DNA from: a phage
Reading direction: 5' to 3' (one strand)
DNA length: 47,862 nt
Sequence record: OZ346152.1
Position 1 is the first letter of the stretch; each line of letters begins with the position of its first letter. Made by a program: the position numbers and the translations under genes. This document shows, piece after piece, positions 39,483-47,335 of the stretch. The notes under the pieces are model-generated. The model made no database searches, was not told the DNA's origin, and was given only the letters and a program-made list of their open reading frames with translations.

Positions 39483-39526
39483 AATGTACAGGAATGCGAG
39501 GATTGAGTTTTAACAAAAAGTGCTAT
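39483..39526 (-). promoter_or_regulatory. box-type promoter unit (box, N18, TACATT)
   Basis: Perfect consensus box on the minus strand; downstream leader GTACATTACACGCATCGACAACGAA resembles those at 38977 and 40787. Confidence 0.55.
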
Positions 39527-39790
39527 TTAGTCCAGAAATTCGATTTCACGCTCGCCAGTTAACGGATCTACAAGCCAGAATCCGAGAGGTTCGCCATAAA
39601 CACCGCCATAGAATCCAAGCGCCGCCAGATCTTCACCTTTAACGAATACCAGGTTCCCGCTACGGCTTACGTGAGACACGTTAACGATAACCGGAAATGT
39701 GCGATCCTTAAATGCGGGCCGCAGGGCGTAACATCCGTTATTAAGCAAACGTGCTTTGCGCTTAACTGGAATAGGTGCATTAATTTTCAT
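39527..39790 (-). CDS. hypothetical protein
   Basis: 87 aa; AAGGAG RBS; TAA stop merges into the box. Confidence 0.4.
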   Translation of the reverse strand: MKINAPIPVKRKARLLNNGCYALRPAFKDRTFPVIVNVSHVSRSGNLVFVKGEDLAALGFYGGVYGEPLGFWLVDPLTGEREIEFLD

Positions 39791-40016
39791 GGTTATTACT
39801 CCTTATCGTAAAGATTTAAAGACGTATAGTTTATTGCGGTAACTATATATCCGCATTGTTATTTCTCGCAATGCAATATATTCCTTCCTGTTTTCCGGCA
39901 TCCTGGCGAGCAATAACAGGCAGTATTTATAAGCGCGGTCAAGATTCCTTTCCGTGCCCCTGCAATATCCCTTGTTGCGCCTGGAGCGGTACAGCCATAA
40001 CAATTTCTTGAACATT

Positions 40017-40226
40017 TCAGATACGCCCATACAGATCGCAAACCTCGTTGATAAAACAGCGTTGAGACTCTTTATTGTCACGCTCAAAAATTGCGCGGCA
40101 TTCAAACTTAAGATTATGCACGATGACAACAACCATATTTTCAGGCATTGAGCGGTTATAGCGTCGCGCGTCAGTGATTAAAACATCCATACCCATCTCA
40201 TGTGCTTTCTTGATCACATCCAACAT
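40017..40226 (-). CDS. hypothetical protein
   Basis: 69 aa from ATG at 40226 with AGGAGA RBS (track start 40250 is TTG). Confidence 0.35.
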   Translation of the reverse strand: MLDVIKKAHEMGMDVLITDARRYNRSMPENMVVVIVHNLKFECRAIFERDNKESQRCFINEVCDLYGRI

Positions 40227-40480
40227 TTTTTCTTCTCCTGCAATAAGCAAACATCATTGATAAAATCAGCACGGCCCTTAATGTTGCTGATGTGGAACGT
40301 CTTTTCAGCGTACAGGCCATCACCTTCAATCACGATCATTACGCGAGTCGGTTTATTCACGGGCGCACATGAAAAGAGTGGGCGCACCGGAAGAAATTTA
40401 GTAGCCACATCCAGGTTAGCCCTGGCGGCCCTGCAAAATGCCTCCGCCAGATCCAAATCATTTTCGGTAATCACCGCCAT
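40214..40480 (-). CDS. hypothetical protein
   Basis: 88 aa; TAATG-coupled to the upstream gene. Confidence 0.35.
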   Translation of the reverse strand: MAVITENDLDLAEAFCRAARANLDVATKFLPVRPLFSCAPVNKPTRVMIVIEGDGLYAEKTFHISNIKGRADFINDVCLLQEKKKCWM

Positions 40481-40752
40481 TACTTCTTGATCTCCTCACT
40501 GATAAATTTCAGCACCTGACGCAAGAAAACTTCGTTGTTGATAGTCGCTGGCAATTCTTCCTTCACTTCTTGCGGCAGATAGATATTGCCGTGCCAGGTC
40601 AAGCAATCGTAGTTGATACGATAAGAGCAAAGCCACTCACAATCGTTATCTGCTTCCCAAATACAGAGTTGCAGAACATCGCCAAAATCTTCAACAGTCA
40701 GATCCAGACCGTGACGCTTAGCGAAGTTGAAAGTGGTTTTGCTGATGTTCAT
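40480..40752 (-). CDS. hypothetical protein (first gene of the leftward early block)
   Basis: 90 aa; AGGAGA RBS; several Cys/Trp residues. Confidence 0.4.
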   Translation of the reverse strand: MNISKTTFNFAKRHGLDLTVEDFGDVLQLCIWEADNDCEWLCSYRINYDCLTWHGNIYLPQEVKEELPATINNEVFLRQVLKFISEEIKK

Positions 40753-40786
40753 TGCTATCTCCTGAGCGGTTCGTTTTGATGTGTGT

Positions 40787-40830
40787 AATGTACCCGATCA
40801 GACGGCCTGAGTTTTAACAAAAAGTGCTAT
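40787..40830 (-). promoter_or_regulatory. box-type promoter unit (perfect box, N18, TACATT) for the leftward early block
   Basis: Minus strand ATAGCACTTTTTGTTAAAAC, TCAGGCCGTCTGATCGGG, TACATT, 34 nt before the ATG at 40752. Confidence 0.55.
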
Positions 40831-40860
40831 TTGACGGTTAGCACCAGGATTGTGATCGAA

Positions 40861-40949
40861 ATAATCAAAAGTAATCATTCGTAATCAAATCACGTCAAAA
40901 TGATGATTTCCTTTGCAAATTTGATGAGAAAAGTAATCACGTTTAATCA
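40861..40949. repeat. iteron-like array: five copies of (A/G/T)TAATCA with 10-bp phasing
   Basis: Copies starting at 40861, 40871, 40881, 40933 and 40943 in the divergent control region. Confidence 0.45.
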
Positions 40950-41139
40950 TTGGTTGCAGGGGAGATAGTGAAACCTTCCCCTCTTGCCTCACTTTTCCGC
41001 CTGGCTGTCAGTGGTTGTTGTCTTTTGTTCACCCCTGTTACCGATTTCAGGCGGCGTGTTTCCGCGCGGTTTTCCGGTGTAGCGAAAACGGAAAAAACAA
41101 AAAAAATCCTATATAATACATTGAAAATAAAGATTATTT

Positions 41140-41320
41140 ATTTATATATATCTATAATGTTTTCTTTTTGTTCTCACTGTTACAGTGCTTTTTGTTGGTT
41201 ATGGTGTGGTTGTGTGTGGGTATATATGGATAGTTGCGCGCGCTGCGGATTGCATATGTATATATACTTTTTCCGGCGGATTGCGTTAACAGCGTGAACA
41301 GAAAAATAACAGCCCTGAAA
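41140..41320. repeat. AT-rich intergenic element B, paralogous to 20870-21050
   Basis: Same ordered blocks as element A; an estimated 65-70% identity by eye. Confidence 0.6.
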
Positions 41321-41385
41321 TCAACAACTTGCGCATGATTTTGTAGTTTTTCGATATTGGTAACGTTTTGAATACAACAAAAACA

Positions 41386-41413
41386 TTGACACGCACCAAA
41401 TAGCTTTTATAAT
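41386..41413 (+). promoter_or_regulatory. sigma70-type promoter (TTGACA, 16 nt, TATAAT)
   Basis: Consensus -35 at 41386-41391 and consensus -10 at 41408-41413; about 30 nt upstream of the 41445 ATG. Confidence 0.6.
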
Positions 41414-41444
41414 GCGCCAACAGTCAACAACTGGAGGAAAGGAA

Positions 41445-41909
41445 ATGGAACAGAAGACCACTAAGGACTATTGCGATTGGCTTCGCGAGCTTGGTCGCCG
41501 CCTGGCTAGTGGCGATATTGAAGAGTATAAAATGTCACTAATTGACCTGGCCGGAATGTTAAGCGGTGATGACTGCTACAAGATCACGCGCAGTTCATCC
41601 TACAGCCGGACCATTATCAACCGCGTTCCAGAAGTAAGGGCCGCAGGTCGGGTAAGTATCAAGGTCGAGGAAACGGAAGATGATAAATTTTACGTTTTCC
41701 GCATGGTCCGAGAATCGAAAAGGAAAATCATCACGCCCGAAGAATTGCCAGCCATCAAGGCAAGGGCGATCAAAAAGTTTGCCGATCGCTTACTGGCAGC
41801 AATCCCGAACATCGTTGACCTGGAAGGGGATAAACTGGCTGGAGCTTGTGAGGGCGTAAGCCGCTACCAGGATATGATCCGCGAAATCATCAAAGAGGAG
41901 GAGCAATAA
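41445..41909 (+). CDS. hypothetical protein, first gene of the rightward early operon
   Basis: 154 aa from ATG at 41445 with GGAGG RBS (track start 41412 lies inside the promoter -10). Confidence 0.45.
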   Translation: MEQKTTKDYCDWLRELGRRLASGDIEEYKMSLIDLAGMLSGDDCYKITRSSSYSRTIINRVPEVRAAGRVSIKVEETEDDKFYVFRMVRESKRKIITPEELPAIKARAIKKFADRLLAAIPNIVDLEGDKLAGACEGVSRYQDMIREIIKEEEQ

Positions 41910-42448
41910 TGAAAAAATACACTTTCGAACTGTGGGGCAAGAAGTACGAATTAATCACCAGCAAGCCGATTGTTATCGTTGATCTGGATGGCACACTATC
42001 GGACGGATCGCATCGCTTGCACTTGTTGCCAACTGAAAACTTGCACCTTACCGAATCGTGGAGCGAATTTAACAGGGCCGCCGCCGGAGATTCGCCGATT
42101 AAAAGCACGATCGCAGTTATTAACGGTTTGTGGGTGTCAGGATTTGCCATCGTCATCTTGACCGGACGCAGCGACGAGGTGCGCTACGAAACCTGCAAAT
42201 GGCTTAACGAGAACGGCGTGAAGTTTGACGAAATCATCATGCGCCGCCAGGAGGACAACCGAAAGGATACGGTTATTAAAGAAGAAGCCTTGCGCGCTAT
42301 TGGCCTGGACAACATTGTTTGCGCCTTTGACGATTCGCCGAACGTGGTTAAGCACTTCCGCAGCTTGGGGATCACAACCTATCAGGTCACGGAATACGAC
42401 AAGCCACACGCTCACCTGCAATCTCACGGCGTGGAGTGTTTAAAATGA
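41909..42448 (+). CDS. HAD-superfamily phosphatase (putative nucleotide or polynucleotide phosphatase)
   Basis: Motif I IVIVDLDGTL (DxDGT), motif II ILTGR, C-terminal FDD; TAATG-coupled start. Confidence 0.55.
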   Translation: MKKYTFELWGKKYELITSKPIVIVDLDGTLSDGSHRLHLLPTENLHLTESWSEFNRAAAGDSPIKSTIAVINGLWVSGFAIVILTGRSDEVRYETCKWLNENGVKFDEIIMRRQEDNRKDTVIKEEALRAIGLDNIVCAFDDSPNVVKHFRSLGITTYQVTEYDKPHAHLQSHGVECLK

Positions 42449-42606
42449 CTTGGTTGCTTTTAATCTTTGTCACAAGTTACAACTCCGCAGCTATTGAGTC
42501 GCAGGAGTTCCACGGCGAATCAAGATGCCAGGAAGCGCGAAAGCAAGTTATTCTCCACATGTCAGATAGCGGGAAGGATGTAACAGCGTTATGCGTTCGT
42601 AAATAG
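42445..42606 (+). CDS. hypothetical small protein with hydrophobic N-terminus (53 aa, below the track cutoff)
   Basis: ATGA-coupled to the phosphatase stop; ends AAA-TAG inside the box at 42603. Confidence 0.25.
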   Translation: MTWLLLIFVTSYNSAAIESQEFHGESRCQEARKQVILHMSDSGKDVTALCVRK

Positions 42607-42645
42607 CACTTTTGCAAAAACAGATTATCGGGCTTGCGGTATAGT
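42603..42645 (+). promoter_or_regulatory. box-type promoter unit (box variant ATAGCACTTTTGCAAAAAC, N18, TATAGT)
   Basis: 19-nt box, 18 nt, TATAGT at 42640-42645; GGGCTT..AAGCCC dyad spans the -10; ATG at 42677. Confidence 0.5.
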
Positions 42646-42676
42646 AAGCCCATCAACAACGAACGAGGATTAAATC

Positions 42677-42940
42677 ATGGCTAACAAGATCGAGTTTTTT
42701 AAAGCGGTAGACATTATCGACGGCGCGCCTAGCTTCTTCGCTATCCATTCTATTGACGGCAAGGATATTGGGTACAACGTCATTCGTCGAGATGGAATCT
42801 CAAAACTTAGCGACCTGGTAGGTTTTGTTGTGTCAAACGGGAAATGTGCATGGCGCGATTCGCCACGAGAGCCGCGCCGCCGCGACATGATTGATCCTGA
42901 ATTACTTTACACGCTGGTAGTTGAAGGAGAAAATAAATGA
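42677..42940 (+). CDS. hypothetical protein
   Basis: 87 aa; GAGGA RBS. Confidence 0.4.
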   Translation: MANKIEFFKAVDIIDGAPSFFAIHSIDGKDIGYNVIRRDGISKLSDLVGFVVSNGKCAWRDSPREPRRRDMIDPELLYTLVVEGENK

Positions 42941-43122
42941 TTTGGTTACTTGCTTTTTTGGTTGTTTTTCTTTACATTTCAGGCTTATTCACGTTCCGCG
43001 CGTTGGTGAAATATTCTGACGCGACAGACAAAGACGATAAAATCGTTCTCGCTTTCTGGTTTGTTTGGGTGTGGTTAGCAATTTACGAGATCATCAGAGA
43101 CAAACATAAATTTGAGTGGTGA
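42937..43122 (+). CDS. small membrane protein (two predicted TMDs)
   Basis: 61 aa; hydrophobic segments LLAFLVVFLYISGLF and LAFWFVWVWLAIY; GGAGA RBS. Confidence 0.4.
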   Translation: MIWLLAFLVVFLYISGLFTFRALVKYSDATDKDDKIVLAFWFVWVWLAIYEIIRDKHKFEW

Positions 43123-43178
43123 TTCTTGCTATGGCGCATTCATGAAGTGCGCCATTTTGAGAAAACCTAAAGGGGGAA

Positions 43179-43331
43179 ATGATGCGTAACTTTGAAAAAA
43201 TCATTACCAAAAAGAAGCGTCGCGGGTACGATGAGCATGTGGAGCTTGTGAAAAAGCAACGCAAGAAGCGCAACGAAGACAAGAAGCGCGGGAAAAAATT
43301 TAATGCGATTTTTCGCTATGGAGATCATTAA
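43179..43331 (+). CDS. small basic protein (about 50 aa, below the track cutoff)
   Basis: AAGGGGGA RBS; Lys/Arg-rich (KKKRRG..KKQRKKRNEDKKRGKK); ends 3 nt before the kinase ATG. Confidence 0.3.
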   Translation: MMRNFEKIITKKKRRGYDEHVELVKKQRKKRNEDKKRGKKFNAIFRYGDH

Positions 43332-43333
43332 TC

Positions 43334-43924
43334 ATGAAACGAGACATTATCATCCTTAATGGGCCGCCAGGTTGCGGGAAGGACACTATTGCAGCTTACC
43401 TAACGGGCCATCGTTACCCAGCGGTTAAGGCATCATTCAAGCAACCTATGTTCGACATTGCTTTTTCTATGCTTGGCCCGACTCGATACGATGAATTTAT
43501 GGGCCTATACAACGACCGAGAGCAAAAAGAAAAGCCTCAAGTTATCTTAGGTGGCAAGTCGCCTCGACAATTCATGATCTGGATTAGCGAGGATGTAATG
43601 AAGCCAGTTTTTGGAGATCACTATTTCGGGCGTCGAATGGTTGAAGAGATTCACGAGATGTACCGAGATTTGTCGGTTGTGATCAGTGATGGCGGATTCC
43701 CCGAAGAAATCAAGCCGCTCGTTAAGGCGGGGCATGAGGTGCATATTTGCCGATTGCATCGCGACGGCTTCACGTTTGCTGGCGATTCGAGAGATTATAT
43801 TGACCTGAGCGGTTATCACTATCGAATCCATCACTATGATTTCCACTTGCAGGACGGCAAGCCGGAACTGGCTGTAAGCGAGATCGTCAATGCAGTCAAA
43901 TGGAAGCACACACAGATTAAATAG
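43334..43924 (+). CDS. P-loop kinase, dNMP-kinase-like
   Basis: N-terminal IIILNGPPGCGKDT P-loop resembling the phage dNMP kinase family; TAG stop inside the box. Confidence 0.5.
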   Translation: MKRDIIILNGPPGCGKDTIAAYLTGHRYPAVKASFKQPMFDIAFSMLGPTRYDEFMGLYNDREQKEKPQVILGGKSPRQFMIWISEDVMKPVFGDHYFGRRMVEEIHEMYRDLSVVISDGGFPEEIKPLVKAGHEVHICRLHRDGFTFAGDSRDYIDLSGYHYRIHHYDFHLQDGKPELAVSEIVNAVKWKHTQIK

Positions 43925-43964
43925 CACGAATTGCTAAACGCGGGGTTATCGGCCCCGCTATAAT
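43921..43964 (+). promoter_or_regulatory. box-type promoter unit (variant ATAGCACGAATTGCTAAACG, N18 hairpin, TATAAT)
   Basis: Spacer CGGGGTTATCGGCCCCGC is a dyad; consensus TATAAT at 43959-43964; ATG at 43995. Confidence 0.55.
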
Positions 43965-43994
43965 GCTCACATCAACAAGCAAGAGGAAATCGCA

Positions 43995-44375
43995 ATGGTT
44001 AACATCAGAAAAATTCGCGTCGGCACTAAATTCTTAGTTACTTACGCAATTCCAGATAGCGGAATGAAGAAGGGGCAGATTGTTAAGGTTGATAGCAAAA
44101 GATTCGGAATCCCTGGTATCAATGGCTATCTAATCAATAAAGATCTTGGATTCGACGGATTCGCTATCCGTGCGCTTGAGGGTATTGTTGCCACTCTTAA
44201 ACGAATCACTAATCATCGCGGTTGTCCAATCAAGACGATTAAAGCGCCAGTAAATTACGGCAAACTGGATAATCGTCGAATCCGCCGCCTGGCGCGTAAC
44301 GCGTTAAAATTCCGTGGCGTAGGCGATGATTTCTACTATGGATACAAGAGGATTGCGCGCAATGCTGGGAAATAA
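43995..44375 (+). CDS. hypothetical protein
   Basis: 126 aa; AGAGGAAA RBS. Confidence 0.4.
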   Translation: MVNIRKIRVGTKFLVTYAIPDSGMKKGQIVKVDSKRFGIPGINGYLINKDLGFDGFAIRALEGIVATLKRITNHRGCPIKTIKAPVNYGKLDNRRIRRLARNALKFRGVGDDFYYGYKRIARNAGK

Positions 44376-44474
44376 CAATAACGCAACGAATCCTAAGCCA
44401 CCTTTTGATTTTCATTCCGCAATGATTGCGGTATTATCAATGCTACTTTTTCTTTATAGCACGAGGGCGCTACT

Positions 44475-44723
44475 ATGGTTTTTAACGCATTGAAACGACT
44501 GTTTAAGCCGGAATACCGGATCGTATTTTGCCGCGACTGTTCTACTTATCATGTGCAGCGACGCAGCTTAGGCGGCAATTGGCACTATGTTACAGATGAC
44601 TTTTTCGGCATCATTGCCACTGAATTTAAGTATTACAGTGATGCCTATATGTACGTCAAGAAGCGCCACCGCTTACGCAAGTGTCGTTTTTCCGTACTGA
44701 TTCACGTTAATGATTGTTACTGA
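44475..44723 (+). CDS. hypothetical protein (Cys/His-containing)
   Basis: 82 aa; GAGGG RBS. Confidence 0.35.
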   Translation: MVFNALKRLFKPEYRIVFCRDCSTYHVQRRSLGGNWHYVTDDFFGIIATEFKYYSDAYMYVKKRHRLRKCRFSVLIHVNDCY

Positions 44724-44730
44724 GGTGAAA

Positions 44731-44913
44731 ATGAAGACTGGTATTATTATTCTTTTCCTGATCCTTTTCGGCAGCCATTTAACCATTAACTATGAGGGCA
44801 TTATGGCCTTTTGGGGCAACTTGATGATGTTTGCCGCTGGTTCAATTGCTGGCTACTCTGACGGGAAAAAGGATGGCGTGCGCAAGATGCTGATGGGACT
44901 TAAACAAAAATAA
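44731..44913 (+). CDS. small membrane protein
   Basis: 60 aa from ATG at 44731 with GAGGTG RBS; hydrophobic IIILFLILFG and MMFAAGSIAG segments. Confidence 0.35.
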   Translation: MKTGIIILFLILFGSHLTINYEGIMAFWGNLMMFAAGSIAGYSDGKKDGVRKMLMGLKQK

Positions 44914-44924
44914 GGGGATCTAAA

Positions 44925-45215
44925 ATGGCAAACAAAACTTACCGCAAACTACTGGTTAACGCTTTTGAAAACATCGCGCAGTGTAACAAGTGGAACGACT
45001 CTAAACACTCGCCAGTCACAATGAAGCGCGCCGGATTCAAAAATGCTCGTTCATGGGCGCGAGCTTTCGCAGCTTGCTATATGCCGGATGGTGGACTAGG
45101 AGCGATGAACGACTTCTTGATCAACATGATAGAGGAAGCGGCGCGAGAGGATCGACCGCTGACACAGCGAGATTTTGACGACTTCGCGCGCGATGAGCTT
45201 TACTATCTGAGCTAA
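44925..45215 (+). CDS. hypothetical protein
   Basis: 96 aa; AAGGGGA RBS; stop TAA-TAG merges into the box. Confidence 0.4.
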   Translation: MANKTYRKLLVNAFENIAQCNKWNDSKHSPVTMKRAGFKNARSWARAFAACYMPDGGLGAMNDFLINMIEEAAREDRPLTQRDFDDFARDELYYLS

Positions 45216-45258
45216 TAGCACTTTTTGTTAAAACTTCCGCAAGGGCATTTGATAAAGT
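45215..45258 (+). promoter_or_regulatory. box-type promoter unit (perfect box, N18, TAAAGT)
   Basis: ATAGCACTTTTTGTTAAAAC at 45215-45234; GGGCA..TGCCC dyad spans the -10; ATG at 45291. Confidence 0.5.
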
Positions 45259-45290
45259 GCCCTTATTGAAGCGAAACAGAGGAAAGCGCA

Positions 45291-45503
45291 ATGAAAATCA
45301 AAATCACCAAAATCGACACTATCAACGGCGACGGATCAATCACTCTTGAGCAATGCGGTTTGGTTGTTGGTGATGTGCTGGAAGTTGACGGTCATTTCAG
45401 TGACGGATCTTATTGTGTTATTGCGCCGCGTAACAGCGAGTTTATCAAGGCTGGCGACAATATTAGTGTTAACCATGACGAATGCGAGGTAGTAGAAGAA
45501 TGA
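45291..45503 (+). CDS. hypothetical acidic protein
   Basis: 70 aa; AGAGGAAA RBS. Confidence 0.4.
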   Translation: MKIKITKIDTINGDGSITLEQCGLVVGDVLEVDGHFSDGSYCVIAPRNSEFIKAGDNISVNHDECEVVEE

Positions 45504-45763
45504 TCACGATTAACCTGTCAGAGCAGCAAGCGCGCATTATGTTAGCGGCCTTTGGCTGGCGAGATGATGACGGTATTCAGGCAACGGTTAAAATCCCTGA
45601 GACGGTAGCGCGTGAAGTTTTTAACCAGCTTGAACACGCATTTGTTCCTGTTGGCACTGATCAGGCAGAAACAGCGGCTTGGTTCGGAGAGAACGGATAC
45701 AGAGATCAGCAAGTCGAAAACTGGAAGCGCATAAACGAGACTGCGGAGGAATCAGGACTATGA
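45500..45763 (+). CDS. hypothetical protein
   Basis: 87 aa from the ATGA-coupled ATG at 45500 (track start 45482 lacks an RBS). Confidence 0.35.
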   Translation: MITINLSEQQARIMLAAFGWRDDDGIQATVKIPETVAREVFNQLEHAFVPVGTDQAETAAWFGENGYRDQQVENWKRINETAEESGL

Positions 45764-46083
45764 TTTATATTCACTACTACAAGATCGGAACTAACGAAAA
45801 CAAGCAGGAGCGTCGCGCAATTTGTGACACGCTTGATGAGGCTAAAAAGCGTCAACAGGTTTTAGGTGGGTGCATTCAGGGTTTTGAGTGCGTGGAGAAC
45901 ATCGAACAAACCAACGAACTTGTTGTCGACGAGGTGAGCCAATTGATTGACGATCTAATTAGCGAAGAATTGGGATCGCCCAGGAGCATGAATTTCACCA
46001 CTGAGCAGTGGAACGAGTACAAGCACAACTCACTGGAAAACATCAAGTGCATAATGCGCGGAGAATTTAACGAAAATGAATAG
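45760..46083 (+). CDS. hypothetical protein
   Basis: 107 aa from ATG at 45760 with GGAGGA RBS and ATGA overlap (track start 45679 overlaps the upstream gene). Confidence 0.4.
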   Translation: MIYIHYYKIGTNENKQERRAICDTLDEAKKRQQVLGGCIQGFECVENIEQTNELVVDEVSQLIDDLISEELGSPRSMNFTTEQWNEYKHNSLENIKCIMRGEFNENE

Positions 46084-46139
46084 CCATAGGAGCGCATAAA
46101 TCTCATTCTAACGATGAATTTTTTAATTAAGGTGATTCA

Positions 46140-46268
46140 ATGGATAACTACATAAAACCGTCGCAGTGGTGCGCACAGAAGCAAGAGGAAGCATTAGAGC
46201 GAGGCGACACTGAAACAGCAATGCACTATTTCGAAATGTACAACTTGTGGAAGGGTAGAGGTCTGTAA
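46140..46268 (+). CDS. hypothetical small protein (about 42 aa, below the track cutoff)
   Basis: AAGGTGA RBS; TAATG-coupled to the next gene. Confidence 0.25.
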   Translation: MDNYIKPSQWCAQKQEEALERGDTETAMHYFEMYNLWKGRGL

Positions 46269-46498
46269 TGTTTGGAATGAACGAGGCGCAATTCAACGCA
46301 GCTAAACGCCAGGCTAAAAAGTGCGGCGAGGCGATGAAAGCGGATGTGGAAAAGCGCGGGAAGTATGTTGATGAAGTAATGAAGGGCATCATTGCAGAAC
46401 ACTACCAGCCAATCGCGCCAATGTTGACGATCACTCAATTCATTTGGCTATGTGGTTACTTGCGCGGACGTTGGGGGAACGCTTTCGACAGGGAATGA
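46268..46498 (+). CDS. hypothetical protein
   Basis: 76 aa; translationally coupled. Confidence 0.35.
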   Translation: MFGMNEAQFNAAKRQAKKCGEAMKADVEKRGKYVDEVMKGIIAEHYQPIAPMLTITQFIWLCGYLRGRWGNAFDRE

Positions 46499-46660
46499 TT
46501 GACAACTCTTTCCTGATTGGTTAGCATGGCGTCGTTTACATAAGAGCGGCTTAGTCCGAACGCGTGACGCGATAGTCACACAGCAACGGCGATATGCAGG
46601 AGGTTTTTGCAATGCAAGATAATCCGTAAGACGTATCGCCTTTTTTAATGGAGATTCAAA

Positions 46661-46894
46661 ATGATTAAATACAAATTAACCGTTTCTTTCCGTGATACCG
46701 TTATTCATCCTTTCTACAATAGCTTTGTTAACAGCTTTACAGTAGAAGCTACAGAGGATCAGCTAGACGGTGACGAAACTTGCATTTCTATCGGTAATGT
46801 TGCTTACCCGATTCACAACATTACCAGCATTAAGCGTGAGGTTGTCGCTGATGAATTACAAAGTGAAGATGACGATCCGGCGAATGGGGCGTAA
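46661..46894 (+). CDS. hypothetical acidic protein
   Basis: 77 aa; GGAGA RBS; preceded by a structured 160-nt non-coding leader. Confidence 0.4.
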   Translation: MIKYKLTVSFRDTVIHPFYNSFVNSFTVEATEDQLDGDETCISIGNVAYPIHNITSIKREVVADELQSEDDDPANGA

Positions 46895-47036
46895 TTGCCA
46901 ATCATGCAAACAGGAATATGAATGCGTAGTTGATGCTCTTGATGAACTGGAAGCAGTAGCAAAAGCAAAAGAGCAATCTGGCGCTAATCCTGAAACACAT
47001 CAATTTTCAATTAACCTTGTGAGGGCTTTACAATGA
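46869..47036 (+). CDS. hypothetical Cys-containing small protein (start uncertain)
   Basis: First ATG of track ORF 46770..47036 that does not lie deep inside the upstream gene; CQSC..C pattern. Confidence 0.25.
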   Translation: MTIRRMGRNCQSCKQEYECVVDALDELEAVAKAKEQSGANPETHQFSINLVRALQ

Positions 47037-47257
47037 TCGCATTATCTTTCTGCATTGGTTTTATCATGGCTATCATTATCTTTTCCGTTGTCATGCGCTT
47101 TGCTTATAAGTTCGTGATTAATAAAGGTTGGTACGCTTCTGCAATCTGGAGCGAAAAACAAAAGAAATGGCTTGTCCGTGGTCAATACCTGATGATCGGT
47201 AGCAAGATCCTAAATTCCATTCGAGCCAAAGATGGAAAAGTAAAATATACAGCTTAA
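47033..47257 (+). CDS. small membrane protein
   Basis: 74 aa; N-terminal hydrophobic segment IALSFCIGFIMAIIIFSVVM; ATGA-coupled. Confidence 0.4.
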   Translation: MIALSFCIGFIMAIIIFSVVMRFAYKFVINKGWYASAIWSEKQKKWLVRGQYLMIGSKILNSIRAKDGKVKYTA

Positions 47258-47263
47258 AAATCA

Positions 47264-47286
47264 CCCGCCGAACGGCGGGTTTTTTA
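47264..47286 (+). terminator. rho-independent terminator
   Basis: CCCGCCG-AAC-GGCGGG hairpin plus TTTTTTAT. Confidence 0.7.
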
Positions 47287-47298
47287 TTGCCCGTTGTC

Positions 47299-47307
47299 TG
47301 GTATAAT
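47299..47307 (+). promoter_or_regulatory. extended -10 promoter element (TGgTATAAT) upstream of terS
   Basis: TG at 47299-47300, TATAAT at 47302-47307; about 28 nt before the terS RBS. Confidence 0.45.
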
Positions 47308-47335
47308 CAGGAATCTAACAAAAGGAGGATTAACA

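Noticed and set aside
39803-40132. Track ORF 39803..40132 (-), 109 aa
   Set aside because: It overlaps the better-supported gene 40017..40226 in another frame, has no convincing RBS at any internal start, and its product is a low-complexity Arg/Tyr-rich string.
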